Notes under the pieces: model-generated
What the model saw: only the letters and a program-made list of their open reading frames with translations
The model's database searches: none
Told to the model about the DNA's origin: nothing
Assembly: GCA_038230575.1 (NCBI GenBank)
Contig: JBBRNA010000022.1
Span: 563 to 64,562 of the forward strand
Reading direction: 5' to 3'
DNA length: 64,000 nucleotides
Origin: Terriglobales bacterium
Lineage (GTDB): Bacteria > Acidobacteriota > Terriglobia > Terriglobales > Acidobacteriaceae
Position numbers and translations under genes: made by a program
Shown: one piece after another, positions 38,478 through 47,586 of the stretch
Layout: each line of letters opens with the position of its first letter
Numbering within the stretch: position 1 is the stretch's first letter

Positions 38478-39380
38478 ATGCGGCAGCGTGCGAAGAGATC
38501 TTCGAGTTCAATGCTCCGAGCCAAAGTTAACCCTCGCGAACGCTTCTCCACGTCCTGGCTACTGCTAAATTTCATCCTGATAATTTTTCTCGTCGTAGGG
38601 GTTCCGTGGTCCGCTGCTGAACCCATCGCCTCGCTGAATGCCAGCAACTACGTCAACGATTTCGCCGGAGTGTTGAGCGGAGCCACCGTGACCCGACTCA
38701 ACGACCTCTGCCTTCAGGTCGATCAGAAGGCGCACGCTCAGATTGCCGTTGTCACCGTGAAGTCTTTCGACGGCCAGGATCCGGTTACATACGCAGTCGC
38801 GCTCTATCAAAAGTGGGGCATCGGAGCAAAAGGAAAAGATCGCGGCGTCTTGTTCATTCTGGCAACGCAAGATCGTAAATATTGGACGACGGTCGGATAC
38901 GGTCTTGAGGGGATACTTCCGGACGGCAAGGTCGGCGGCTTCGGCAGGGAAATGGTGCCGCAGTTGAAGGCTGGGGATTATCCCGGCGCAGTTTCGTTGA
39001 TGACGTCGAGAGTCACAACCGTCATCGCACAGGACGCTGGCGTCACTTTGGATAATCAGCCGCAGACCACTCCTGCGATATCTCGGCCGGAAAAGGGGCC
39101 TTCGCTCGGGATCGGCACGATTGTCGTGCTGGTCTTAATTTTCTTCTTCGTGGTGCTTCCGCTTTTGCGAGCTATGACGCGAGGAGGCGGCGCAGGCGGA
39201 AATCTTCTGAGCTTCCTGCTTGGCATGTTCCTGGGCGGCGGTGGGCGAGGTGGCTTCGGTGGAGGCGGCTTCGGCGGCGGAGGTTTTGGCGGGGGCGGTT
39301 TTGGGGGTGGAGGCGGCGGTGGTTTCGGAGGTTTCGGCGGAGGCAGTACTGGCGGCGGTGGAGCGGGCGGCAGTTGGTAG
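38478..39380 (+). CDS. TPM-domain (YgcG-like) membrane protein with Gly/Phe-rich C-terminal tail
   Basis: YVNDFAGVLS...IAVVTVKSFDG...YQKWGIGAKGKDRGVLFILATQDRKYWTTVGYGLEGILPD is a TPM/TLP18.3-type domain. A TM helix follows, then GGGRGGFGGGGFGGGGFGGGGFGGGG. An alternative start exists at 38511. The listed 38406 start lies next to the repeat. Confidence 0.8.
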   Translation: MRQRAKRSSSSMLRAKVNPRERFSTSWLLLNFILIIFLVVGVPWSAAEPIASLNASNYVNDFAGVLSGATVTRLNDLCLQVDQKAHAQIAVVTVKSFDGQDPVTYAVALYQKWGIGAKGKDRGVLFILATQDRKYWTTVGYGLEGILPDGKVGGFGREMVPQLKAGDYPGAVSLMTSRVTTVIAQDAGVTLDNQPQTTPAISRPEKGPSLGIGTIVVLVLIFFFVVLPLLRAMTRGGGAGGNLLSFLLGMFLGGGGRGGFGGGGFGGGGFGGGGFGGGGGGGFGGFGGGSTGGGGAGGSW

Positions 39381-39426
39381 CCATCGGATCGAAGTCGACG
39401 AGAAATGCAAGACGGGAAGGCGCGTT

Positions 39427-40155
39427 ATGGACTCTGAAAAAGAAAAACTGCTCAGCGAATTCGTAGAAAGACTGCGCAAAATGGCGGGATCAAATCTTCA
39501 GTCCGTCATTCTGTACGGATCGGCCGCAGCAGGGGATTACATTTCCGATCACTCCGACATGAATCTGCTGTGCGTGCTCGGAGAAACTTCATATTCCGCG
39601 ATCGAAAAGATTGCTCCGGTTGTGCAGTGGTGGAGCGGGCAGAAACATCGTCCACCGCTTTTGATGAGCGACGAAGAAGTGAAGCGCTCGGTCGACGTGT
39701 TCTCTATCGAATTTCTCGATATGCGGCGCAATTACAAAGTGCTTTTTGGAAACGACGTGCTGAAATCCCTGGAAATTCCGATGCGACTGCATCGTGCTCA
39801 GCTGGAATATGAATTGCGCGAGAAGACAATTCTGCTGCGTCAACACCTTTTGACGTTATCCGGCGAGAGCGCAAAGTGGGACTTGCTGCTGCGCACCGTC
39901 TCGACATTTGGCACGCTCTTCCGCCATGCCCTCATCGCCTTGGGTGATTCCAGTCCCGGGTCGAAACGCGAGGCGGCTAAAACCTTGTCAGGGAAATTAA
40001 AAATCGACACAACTCCATTCACCGATCTCCTCGATATTCGCGAAGGAAAGAAAGATCGCAATACAGTCAAGGTCGATGAAATCTTTGCCCGCTATCTAAC
40101 GTTAGTGGAAGAAGTGACGGCGTCCGTCGACAGGATGCTCGACCCGGCGGCCTGA
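39427..40155 (+). CDS. Pol-beta-superfamily nucleotidyltransferase (AadA/ANT-like layout) with helical C-terminal domain
   Basis: VILYGSAAAGDYISDHSDMNLLCVL matches the GS-x(9-12)-D-x-D/E pattern, except the second acidic residue is Asn. Start ATG at 39427 (MDSEKEKL). The listed 39220 start runs through the upstream Gly-rich coding region in another frame. Confidence 0.7.
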   Translation: MDSEKEKLLSEFVERLRKMAGSNLQSVILYGSAAAGDYISDHSDMNLLCVLGETSYSAIEKIAPVVQWWSGQKHRPPLLMSDEEVKRSVDVFSIEFLDMRRNYKVLFGNDVLKSLEIPMRLHRAQLEYELREKTILLRQHLLTLSGESAKWDLLLRTVSTFGTLFRHALIALGDSSPGSKREAAKTLSGKLKIDTTPFTDLLDIREGKKDRNTVKVDEIFARYLTLVEEVTASVDRMLDPAA

Positions 40156-40178
40156 TCGTCACCTTGCTAGAATCAACT

Positions 40179-40562
40179 ATGCCCGACGATCCGGCCATTT
40201 CTCCCGACGCCCAGCCACAGGCGCGCCAATTGGCCGAAGACCACTATTATGCAGCGCTTGATCTCGTGCTCGAAGGCCATCACGAGCAAGCCGTCGCGGA
40301 GTATCAGCAGGCTGTGGCCGCTGATCCGCAATTCACCGACGCGCTTCACGGCCTGAGCCGCGCTCTGCAGGATCTCAGCCGTTTTGACGAGGCGATTGAA
40401 GTGTCCAAGAAAATCTCAGCCATCGACCCCGATGACATTCTTGCGCACACCAGCCTTTCAATTCTCTATCAAAAGAAGGGAATGGTTCCCGAGGCCGAGG
40501 CCGAAGGGAACAAGGCGCGGGTGCTGGGATGGAAGCAGCAACTCAAAAAGGGAAGCGGCTAG
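40179..40562 (+). CDS. TPR-repeat protein (about 127 aa)
   Basis: Three TPR-like units (YYAALDLVLEGHHEQAVAEYQQAVAADP; ALHGLSRALQDLSRFDEAIEVSKKISAIDP; AHTSLSILYQKKGMVPEA). Confidence 0.7.
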   Translation: MPDDPAISPDAQPQARQLAEDHYYAALDLVLEGHHEQAVAEYQQAVAADPQFTDALHGLSRALQDLSRFDEAIEVSKKISAIDPDDILAHTSLSILYQKKGMVPEAEAEGNKARVLGWKQQLKKGSG

Positions 40563-40604
40563 CGCGCCCCGCGTGATCCTCGCCTTCGTCGATCCCCCCA
40601 AACT

Positions 40605-40705
40605 TGTCATTCTGAGGGAAGTAGATGCGTCGCGAACGCAAAGCTTCACGCAGTCGAAGGACTCCGCCTCACTTTGTATCAAGTTGAACCCCTCAGGGAG
40701 TTCTC
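40605..40705 (+). repeat. REP-like intergenic element, long form (copy c)
   Basis: tgtcattctgagggaagtagatgcgtcgcgaacgcaaagcttcacgcagtcgaagga...ttgtatcaag...cagggagttctc. Same orientation as copy b. Confidence 0.8.
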
Positions 40706-40783
40706 ACACCGAGATCGGCAGCGCAGTGAGTGGCGCGTGTCAACCAGGGCTGCTCTCCGCGCTACAATAGTCAAGGAGCAACC

Positions 40784-41962
40784 ATGCGAGAAGTTGTCAT
40801 CGTTTCCTCCGTTCGCACCCCTGTAGGCCGCGCCTTCAAGGGAACGCTTCGTGCCACTCGTCCCGATGAATTAGCAGCCGTCGCTATCAAAGGCGCGCTC
40901 GATCGTGTCCCGCAACTTGATCCCAGAGAGATTGAAGACGTCATCCTCGGTTGCGCCATGCCTGAAGCCGAACAGGGAATGAACGTCGCCCGCATCGCAT
41001 CCCTGCGTGCTGGCTTGCCGGTCGAAGTATCCGCAGTCACAATCAATCGTTTCTGCTCTTCCGGATTGCAGGCAATTGCCATGGCCGCCGAACGAATCAT
41101 GAGCGGAGGCGCCGAGGCGATGGTCGCAGGCGGAACGGAATCGATGTCGATGATTCCGATGGGGGGCAACAAAATTTCTCCCAATCCGTGGCTGGTCGAC
41201 CATTACCCCGATTCCTATCTTTCGATGGGTCTGACCGCGGAGCGCCTTGCAACGCGATTTGGCATCACCCGCGAGCAGTGCGATGAGTTCTCTTTGCGCA
41301 GCCACCAGAAGGCCTTGGCGGCAATTCAGGCCGGCAAGTTCGACGAGGAGACAGTCGCCGTCCCCGTGAGTTTCACAACGCCAAACGGGTCAAAGCCGAA
41401 GAAGCAGCAGATATCTTTTAAGGTGGATGAGGGTCCTCGCGCCGATACTTCAATCGAGGCTCTTGGCGCTCTCAAGGCCGCTTTTCACGTGAAGGGCGTT
41501 TCCACCGCAGGGAATTCCTCGCAAATGTCAGATGGAGCGGCAGCGGCCGTCGTGATGTCGGCCGAACGCGCAAAGGCGCTAGGCATCACTCCATTGGCGC
41601 GTTACGTTTCGTTCGCAACCGCCGGGTATAAGCCGGAAGAGATGGGTCTGGGGCCGGTCTTTGCCATCCCTAAAGCTTTGAAACTCGCCGGATTGAAGCT
41701 TGAAGATATTGACGTGATCGAATTGAACGAGGCTTTCGCCGCGCAATCGCTAGCCGTAATTAAAGAAGCTGGAATCGATATCGATCGGGTCAATCCAAAC
41801 GGGGGAGCGATCGCGCTGGGGCACCCGCTGGGCTGCACTGGAGCAAAGTTGACCGCAAGCGTCATTCGCGAACTCAAGCGCCGCAAGGCCCGCTATGGCA
41901 TGGTTACGATGTGCGTTGGCGGGGGGATGGGCGCGGCAGGAATTTTCGAGAATCTTTCGTAA
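40784..41962 (+). CDS. acetyl-CoA C-acyltransferase (thiolase)
   Basis: [20 protein letters not shown], the active-site Cys region [12 protein letters not shown], and C-terminal [18 protein letters not shown] and [14 protein letters not shown] lies upstream of the ATG at 40784. Confidence 0.95.
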   Translation: MREVVIVSSVRTPVGRAFKGTLRATRPDELAAVAIKGALDRVPQLDPREIEDVILGCAMPEAEQGMNVARIASLRAGLPVEVSAVTINRFCSSGLQAIAMAAERIMSGGAEAMVAGGTESMSMIPMGGNKISPNPWLVDHYPDSYLSMGLTAERLATRFGITREQCDEFSLRSHQKALAAIQAGKFDEETVAVPVSFTTPNGSKPKKQQISFKVDEGPRADTSIEALGALKAAFHVKGVSTAGNSSQMSDGAAAAVVMSAERAKALGITPLARYVSFATAGYKPEEMGLGPVFAIPKALKLAGLKLEDIDVIELNEAFAAQSLAVIKEAGIDIDRVNPNGGAIALGHPLGCTGAKLTASVIRELKRRKARYGMVTMCVGGGMGAAGIFENLS

Positions 41963-42063
41963 CCACTTTTCGCCCACGAATGTCGCTAAAGTCACTTTAA
42001 AGCCTGAAAGTTTTCGTCATTATCCCCGCGTCTCCGTGATGTAATCAACCTATCGAGGTACTC

Positions 42064-43860
42064 ATGGCCACTACCGCAATCCCCAAAACCAAAATTCTGG
42101 GCGGCAGTTTTCTTATCGAGGAGCGTCAGCCCTCCGAGGTCTTCACGCCAGAAGATTTTTCCGAGCAGCAGCAGATGATCGGGCACACGGCGGAACAATT
42201 CGCCGTCAAAGAAATCGTGCCTCTGGCGGAGAAAATTGAGCACAAAGATTATTCAATCTCTCGCGACTTGCTCAAAAAGGCGGGCGACTTAGGCCTTAGC
42301 GGAGTGGAAATTCCGGAGGCGTACGGCGGCCTAGAAATGGATAAAGTTACGGCCGCCATCATTGCTGACCACATCGCAAAGTACGCGGGATTTGCCACAA
42401 CGTGGGGAGCGCACAGCGGCATCGGTATGCTGCCAATCGTCTATTTCGGAACCGAAGAGCAGAAGAAAAAATACTTGCCGCGCCTAGCGTCGGGAGAAAC
42501 CGTCGGCGCGTATGCCTTGTCAGAAGCCACGTCCGGCTCAGACGCCTTGAATTGCCGCGCTCGCGCCGTGCTTTCGCCTGACGGCCAACACTACATCCTC
42601 AATGGCGAAAAGATGTGGATTACGAATGCGGGTTTCGCCGACCTGTTTACAGTGTTCGCAAAAATTGACGGCGAGAAATTCTCTGCATTCCTGGTCGAAA
42701 AAGATTTTCCCGGATTTTCTCACGGGGCTGAAGAACACAAGATGGGCATCCGCGGATCCTCCACCTGCCCGGTCATCCTGAATGACTGCAAGGTCCCGGT
42801 AGAGAATTTGCTTGGCGAGATTGGCAAGGGACACATCATCGCCTTCAACATTTTAAACATAGGACGTTTCAAACTCGGTGCGATGTGCGTTGGCGGCGCT
42901 CGCGTGTCGATCGAAAGCGCGGTCGCGTACGCGAAGCAGCGCAAGGCTTTTGGTAAGACCATCGGTGACTTTGGTCTGGTCCGCGAAAAGATCGCCAACA
43001 TGGCGACGCTAATTTACGTCGGAGAATCTCTCGTCTATCGCACTGTCGGCATGATGGATAATTTGCTCTCGGAAATCGATGGGACAAGTTCCGATGCGGC
43101 AAGAGAGCAGCGCAAAGCGATCGAAGAGTATGCAGTCGAGTGCTCGATCCTGAAGGTGTGGGGATCGGAGATGATCGACTACGTTGTCGATGAGACGCTC
43201 CAAATCTACGCTGGCTACGGTTTCGTCGAAGAATATCCAGCGGAGCGCGCCTATCGCGACGCCCGCATCAATCGCATCTTTGAAGGCACCAACGAAATCA
43301 ACCGCCTGATCATTACCGGCTTCCTGCTGAAACGGGCCATGAGCGGCCAACTGCCGCTGATGCCCGCGATCAAAAAGCTGATGGACGAGGTACTCAGCGG
43401 TCCCACTTCAAGCGAAGATATTGACGGCGAACTGGCCGGAGAGCGCAAACTCGTGGCGCAGGCAAAGAAACTCGGCCTGTTCGTCTCCGGCGCCGCAACC
43501 CAAAAATACATGCAGAAAATTCAAGACCAGCAGGAAGTCATGGGCGCGATCGCAGACATGACGATTGAGATTTACGCCATGGAATCAGCCGTGCTCCGCA
43601 CGCAAAAGATGGTCGAACAAAAAGGTGAAGCGGGCGCGGCGCTACCTTTGGCGATGACGCGAGTGTATTTGACGCAAGCACTCGAAAAGATCGAAGCAGC
43701 CGCCAAAAAAGTGATCGCCGATGTTGCCGACGGAGACATGCTGCGAACGCAGCTGGCAATCGTCCGACGCTTGTCGAAGCACGAGCCCTTCAACACGATC
43801 GCGCTCCGGCAACAAATTGCCCAAAAAACAATCGAGGCGGGGAAATACATTTTGAGTTAG
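42064..43860 (+). CDS. long-form acyl-CoA dehydrogenase (about 600 aa, FadE-like)
   Basis: YALSEATSGSDA, WITNAGFADLF and QIYAGYGFVEEYPAERAYRDARINRIFEGTNEI, plus a C-terminal helical extension. Confidence 0.9.
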   Translation: MATTAIPKTKILGGSFLIEERQPSEVFTPEDFSEQQQMIGHTAEQFAVKEIVPLAEKIEHKDYSISRDLLKKAGDLGLSGVEIPEAYGGLEMDKVTAAIIADHIAKYAGFATTWGAHSGIGMLPIVYFGTEEQKKKYLPRLASGETVGAYALSEATSGSDALNCRARAVLSPDGQHYILNGEKMWITNAGFADLFTVFAKIDGEKFSAFLVEKDFPGFSHGAEEHKMGIRGSSTCPVILNDCKVPVENLLGEIGKGHIIAFNILNIGRFKLGAMCVGGARVSIESAVAYAKQRKAFGKTIGDFGLVREKIANMATLIYVGESLVYRTVGMMDNLLSEIDGTSSDAAREQRKAIEEYAVECSILKVWGSEMIDYVVDETLQIYAGYGFVEEYPAERAYRDARINRIFEGTNEINRLIITGFLLKRAMSGQLPLMPAIKKLMDEVLSGPTSSEDIDGELAGERKLVAQAKKLGLFVSGAATQKYMQKIQDQQEVMGAIADMTIEIYAMESAVLRTQKMVEQKGEAGAALPLAMTRVYLTQALEKIEAAAKKVIADVADGDMLRTQLAIVRRLSKHEPFNTIALRQQIAQKTIEAGKYILS

Positions 43861-43951
43861 AGGTCGAGAGCCGACGCCATCCTCGGAAGAACGGGGCCAT
43901 CTGGCATGGAAAAAACGTTGTCATGCAGGAACGCTGTCATCTCAAAAACAC

Positions 43952-43983
43952 TGTCATCCTTCGCGGAGCGAAGGACCTACGCA
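43952..43983 (+). repeat. REP-like intergenic element, short form (copy d)
   Basis: tgtcatccttcgcggagcgaaggacctacgca, with a perfect 8-bp hairpin tccttcgc-gga-gcgaagga at 43957-43975. Two extra TGTCAT motifs precede it at 43919 and 43935. Confidence 0.7.
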
Positions 43984-44125
43984 ACTTGCCGCGATCCGCA
44001 ACCCGCGTGTAGGGCGTCCCTCAGCCAAGAATAACAGCCGAGTTTGGCTATTCACGCAACCCAAATCCCGCTCCGCAAGCCGGCTGTTATAGTAAGTACT
44101 TTCGCCAGCACTCATCAGATTTCCT

Positions 44126-45826
44126 ATGGCTGAAACGAACAACTCCAGCGCGCTGACCGTCGACAACATTCTCCCAACCAAGATCGACCCCAGCTCACTA
44201 CGCTTCGAATCGAACATGCGAGCGCTCGCCGACATGGTCGCGAAAATTCGCAACGAAGAAGAAAAGATTTGCGAAGGCGGCGGAACAAAGGCAGTGGATA
44301 ATCAGCATTCGAAAAAGCGGCTTACTGCTCGCGAGCGCATCAAGCTGCTAGCCGATCCCGGCACATTTTTCGAGCTAGGCCTCTACGCCGCCCACGGAAT
44401 GTACGAAGAGTGGGGAGGCGCGCCAGCCGCCGGAGTTCTGACCGGACTCGCTCGAGTTCATACCCGCATGGTTATGCTCATCGTGAACGACGCCACCGTC
44501 AAGGCAGGAGCGTTTTTCCCGATGACGTCAAAAAAAGTTATTCGCGCTCAGAATATCGCGATTGAGAACAAGATCCCGACAATTTATCTGGTAGATTCTG
44601 CCGGCGTATTTTTGCCGTTGCAGGAAGATGTTTTCCCAGACACGGATGATTTCGGCCGAGTCTTCCGCAATAACGCAGTGATGTCGGCGTTAGGAATTCC
44701 GCAGATCGCAGCCATCATGGGCATGTGCGTCGCGGGAGGCGGATATTTGCCGGTGATGTGCGACCACGTTCTTATGACCGACGGCAGCGGCCTCTTCCTG
44801 GCCGGCCCGGCGCTGGTGCAGGCCGCCATCGGGCAAAAGGTTTCTGCCGAAGAATTGGGCGGAGCAGCGATGCATTCGGCAATCAGTGGCACGGTCGATT
44901 TCCGCGAGCCGAACGACGAAGCGTGTATCGCCCGCATTCGATCGCTCATCGAAAAGTGGGGATACCGTCGCCAGTCGCTCTGGGACCGCAAGGAACCAGT
45001 CGACCCCGCTATGCCAGCCGAAGAGATCTACGGAACCTACGATGCATCGCCGGCGCGTCCATATGACATGAAAGAAGTCATTGCGCGCGTCGTCGACGGC
45101 AGCCGCTTTGACGAATACAAGCCCGAATACGGCAAAACGCTCATCTGCGGGTACGCGCGCATTGGCGGCTTCGCGGTCGGCATCGTCGCCAACCAAAAGT
45201 TGCATGCCCAACAAACCGATCATGAGGGAAAGAAGCGAGTTGAGTTTGGAGGAGTCATCTATACCGAGTCCGCTGAAAAAGCTGCGCGCTTCATCATGGA
45301 TTGCAACCAGAATCTGATTCCACTGGTCTTCTTCCACGACGTCAACGGCTTCATGGTTGGGCGCGACGCCGAATGGAGCGGCATCATCAAAGCCGGAGCG
45401 AAGATGGTGAACGCCGTTTCAAATTCTGTCGTCCCCAAGATCACGGTGATTGTCGGGGGATCTTTCGGCGCTGGGCACTATGCGATGTGCGGCAAGGCTT
45501 TCGATCCAAGATTTGTTTTTGCCTGGCCAACCGCCAGATACGCGGTGATGAGCGGAGAAGCCGCGGCCGGTACGCTGGTCGAAGTGAAGGTAAAGCAACT
45601 GGAGCGCAGCGGCAAAAAGCTAAGCGAAGAAGAACGGAAAGAACTGTTTGATTCAACCAAGAAAACCTACGACGAGCAGACTGATCCGCGATACGGCGCC
45701 GCGCGGCTTTGGATCGACAAGATCATCGATCCGATGGAGACGCGGCAGGCGATAACGCAAGCCCTCGAAGCCGCGTCATTAAACTCAGACGTGCCCGAGT
45801 TCAAAGTTGGAGTTCTTCAAACATAA
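44126..45826 (+). CDS. acyl-CoA carboxylase carboxyltransferase (beta) subunit, most likely methylcrotonyl-CoA carboxylase beta
   Basis: 566-aa carboxyltransferase domain pair (KRLTARERIKLLADPGTFFE..., GMCVAGGGYLP, GGSFGAGHYAMCG). Its position next to HMG-CoA lyase and enoyl-CoA hydratase argues for the leucine pathway. Confidence 0.85.
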   Translation: MAETNNSSALTVDNILPTKIDPSSLRFESNMRALADMVAKIRNEEEKICEGGGTKAVDNQHSKKRLTARERIKLLADPGTFFELGLYAAHGMYEEWGGAPAAGVLTGLARVHTRMVMLIVNDATVKAGAFFPMTSKKVIRAQNIAIENKIPTIYLVDSAGVFLPLQEDVFPDTDDFGRVFRNNAVMSALGIPQIAAIMGMCVAGGGYLPVMCDHVLMTDGSGLFLAGPALVQAAIGQKVSAEELGGAAMHSAISGTVDFREPNDEACIARIRSLIEKWGYRRQSLWDRKEPVDPAMPAEEIYGTYDASPARPYDMKEVIARVVDGSRFDEYKPEYGKTLICGYARIGGFAVGIVANQKLHAQQTDHEGKKRVEFGGVIYTESAEKAARFIMDCNQNLIPLVFFHDVNGFMVGRDAEWSGIIKAGAKMVNAVSNSVVPKITVIVGGSFGAGHYAMCGKAFDPRFVFAWPTARYAVMSGEAAAGTLVEVKVKQLERSGKKLSEEERKELFDSTKKTYDEQTDPRYGAARLWIDKIIDPMETRQAITQALEAASLNSDVPEFKVGVLQT

Positions 45827-45858
45827 GGTTTATTCGCATGCGTAGTTTTTGAGAAAGT

Positions 45859-45886
45859 TTCATCCTGAGCGAAGCGAAGAATCTGC
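45859..45886 (+). repeat. REP-like intergenic element, short form (copy e)
   Basis: ttcatcctgagcgaagcgaagaatctgc, which ends 22 nt before the HMG-CoA lyase ATG. It produces the spurious N-terminal extension MRKFHPERSEESAS of listed ORF 45849. Confidence 0.7.
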
Positions 45887-45908
45887 TTCTCTCCGCGATA
45901 AAAGAGCG

Positions 45909-46799
45909 ATGCCCGATAACGATCTCGTCAAACTCATCGAGTGCCCGCGCGATGCATGGCAAGGCCTCAAAGGTCAGATCCCCACCGACCTAAAAGCCAC
46001 CTATTTGAAGGCTCTGATCTCAGCCGGGTTCAAGCAAATCGACGCCGTAAGCTTCGTCTCGCCGAACGCTGTGCCGCAGATGGCCGACTCAGAGGAAGTG
46101 TTGCGGCAACTCGACCCGCCAGAGGACGTCGAAATCATCGGCATCGTAGTCAACGAAAAGGGCGCCCAGCGAGCCATTGCGACCGGGCTGGTGCAGACGC
46201 TCGGCTTCCCTTATTCCATCTCTCCAACTTTTTTACAGAATAATCAGAGCCAGACCCTCGAAGACGCAATCGAAGAGTTGGAAAAGATCGAGAAAAAAGC
46301 TGACGAAGCCGGCATCGACACCATCGTTTACATTTCCATGGCGTTCGGCAACCCATACAACGACGTTTGGACAATCGAAGAAGTAGTCGAGGCCGTGGCG
46401 CTTCTCGAAATTCAGGAGATCCGCAAAATTTCATTGGCCGACACCGTGGGCCTCGCCTCGCCCGAGAAAATTCGCGAAGTTGTCTCTGCCGTGATGGAAA
46501 AATACGACTACCTTGAGATCGGCGTTCACCTTCATAGCCGTCCCGAAGATGCCTCGGCGAAAATAGCCGCCGCCTACGACGCAGGCTGCCGCCGCTTCGA
46601 TTCCTCCGTCGGAGGCCTTGGAGGATGCCCGTTCGCGCAAGACGATCTTGTCGGAAATATTCCAACCGAAGCAGTCATCGAAACTCTTCGTAGCCGCGGA
46701 GCACAATTACCGCCGCTAAAAACACTGGACGCTCTACTTGCAGCTTCGGCCGAGATCGGCAAACGCTACCGAGATGCTGCGAACGCTACCGAGAATTAA
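45909..46799 (+). CDS. hydroxymethylglutaryl-CoA lyase (HMGL-like family)
   Basis: IECPRDAWQG (compare EVGPRDGLQ), DTVGLASPEKI, GVHLHSRPE and GLGGCPFA. Confidence 0.85.
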   Translation: MPDNDLVKLIECPRDAWQGLKGQIPTDLKATYLKALISAGFKQIDAVSFVSPNAVPQMADSEEVLRQLDPPEDVEIIGIVVNEKGAQRAIATGLVQTLGFPYSISPTFLQNNQSQTLEDAIEELEKIEKKADEAGIDTIVYISMAFGNPYNDVWTIEEVVEAVALLEIQEIRKISLADTVGLASPEKIREVVSAVMEKYDYLEIGVHLHSRPEDASAKIAAAYDAGCRRFDSSVGGLGGCPFAQDDLVGNIPTEAVIETLRSRGAQLPPLKTLDALLAASAEIGKRYRDAANATEN

Positions 46800-46803
46800 A
46801 CAA

Positions 46804-47586
46804 ATGAATTACAAAACTCTCCAACTAGCATTTGCGGCTGACACCGCCACGATTACGCTGAACCGTCCAGACAAGCGCAATGCGATCAGTTACGAACTTA
46901 TTACCGATCTCATTGGCGCGCTCAAAGAGGCGGAAAATTCTTCTTCTCGCGTTCTGATCCTGACCGGCGCAGGCAAGGCGTTCTGCTCGGGGATGGACTT
47001 GGATGATCTGAAATCGCTGATCGGGCGCTCTCCGGAACAGAATCTGGAAGACTCGCGAGCCATGGTGAGCTTGTTCCGGTCGCTCTACGAGTTTCCCAAG
47101 CCGACCATTGCTGCGGTGAATGGCGCCGCAATTGCCGGAGGCACCGGCTTGGCCTTTCTTTGTGACTTTACGCTTGCTGTGCCCGAGGCAAAGTTTGGTT
47201 ACACAGAAGTCCGCATTGGATTTGTGCCGGCCATCGTCTCAACATTTCTCTTGCGCCAGGTCGGCGAGAAAATTGCCCGCGACCTGTTGCTGACCGGACG
47301 CATCTTCGGCGCTGCCGAAGCGAAGATGCTCGGTCTAATCAATGAGATCGTCTCTCCAGAAAAGTTGCTGGAGCGCGCCAACGCCCTGGCGACCCAGCTA
47401 GCGGAGAACAGCCCGCTTTCCCTTCTAAACACGAAGCGCCTGCTGACCGAGCACGCGCGAGCGGAACTGGATGTGCAGATCGAAGCGGCGGTCCGCGAAA
47501 ATGCTGGCATCCGCGAGAGCGCCGATTTCCGTGAAGGCGTCGAGTCGTTCCTTGAAAAGCGAAAACCGCAGTGGACGGGTCCATGA
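46804..47586 (+). CDS. enoyl-CoA hydratase/isomerase family protein (methylglutaconyl-CoA hydratase candidate)
   Basis: ITLNRPDKRNAIS, LTGAGKAFCSGMDL and AAVNGAAIAGG. Start ATG at 46804, 5 nt after the lyase stop. Confidence 0.9.
   Translation: MNYKTLQLAFAADTATITLNRPDKRNAISYELITDLIGALKEAENSSSRVLILTGAGKAFCSGMDLDDLKSLIGRSPEQNLEDSRAMVSLFRSLYEFPKPTIAAVNGAAIAGGTGLAFLCDFTLAVPEAKFGYTEVRIGFVPAIVSTFLLRQVGEKIARDLLLTGRIFGAAEAKMLGLINEIVSPEKLLERANALATQLAENSPLSLLNTKRLLTEHARAELDVQIEAAVRENAGIRESADFREGVESFLEKRKPQWTGP

Noticed and set aside
39220-39426. G-rich tract encoding the (GGGF)n tail, as a possible G-quadruplex or repeat element, and the listed ORF 39220 start overlapping it.
   Set aside because: A Gly/Phe-rich C-terminal tail is typical of TPM/YgcG-family proteins. 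The 39220 ORF is the +1 frame of that tract, and the real NTase start is the ATG at 39427.
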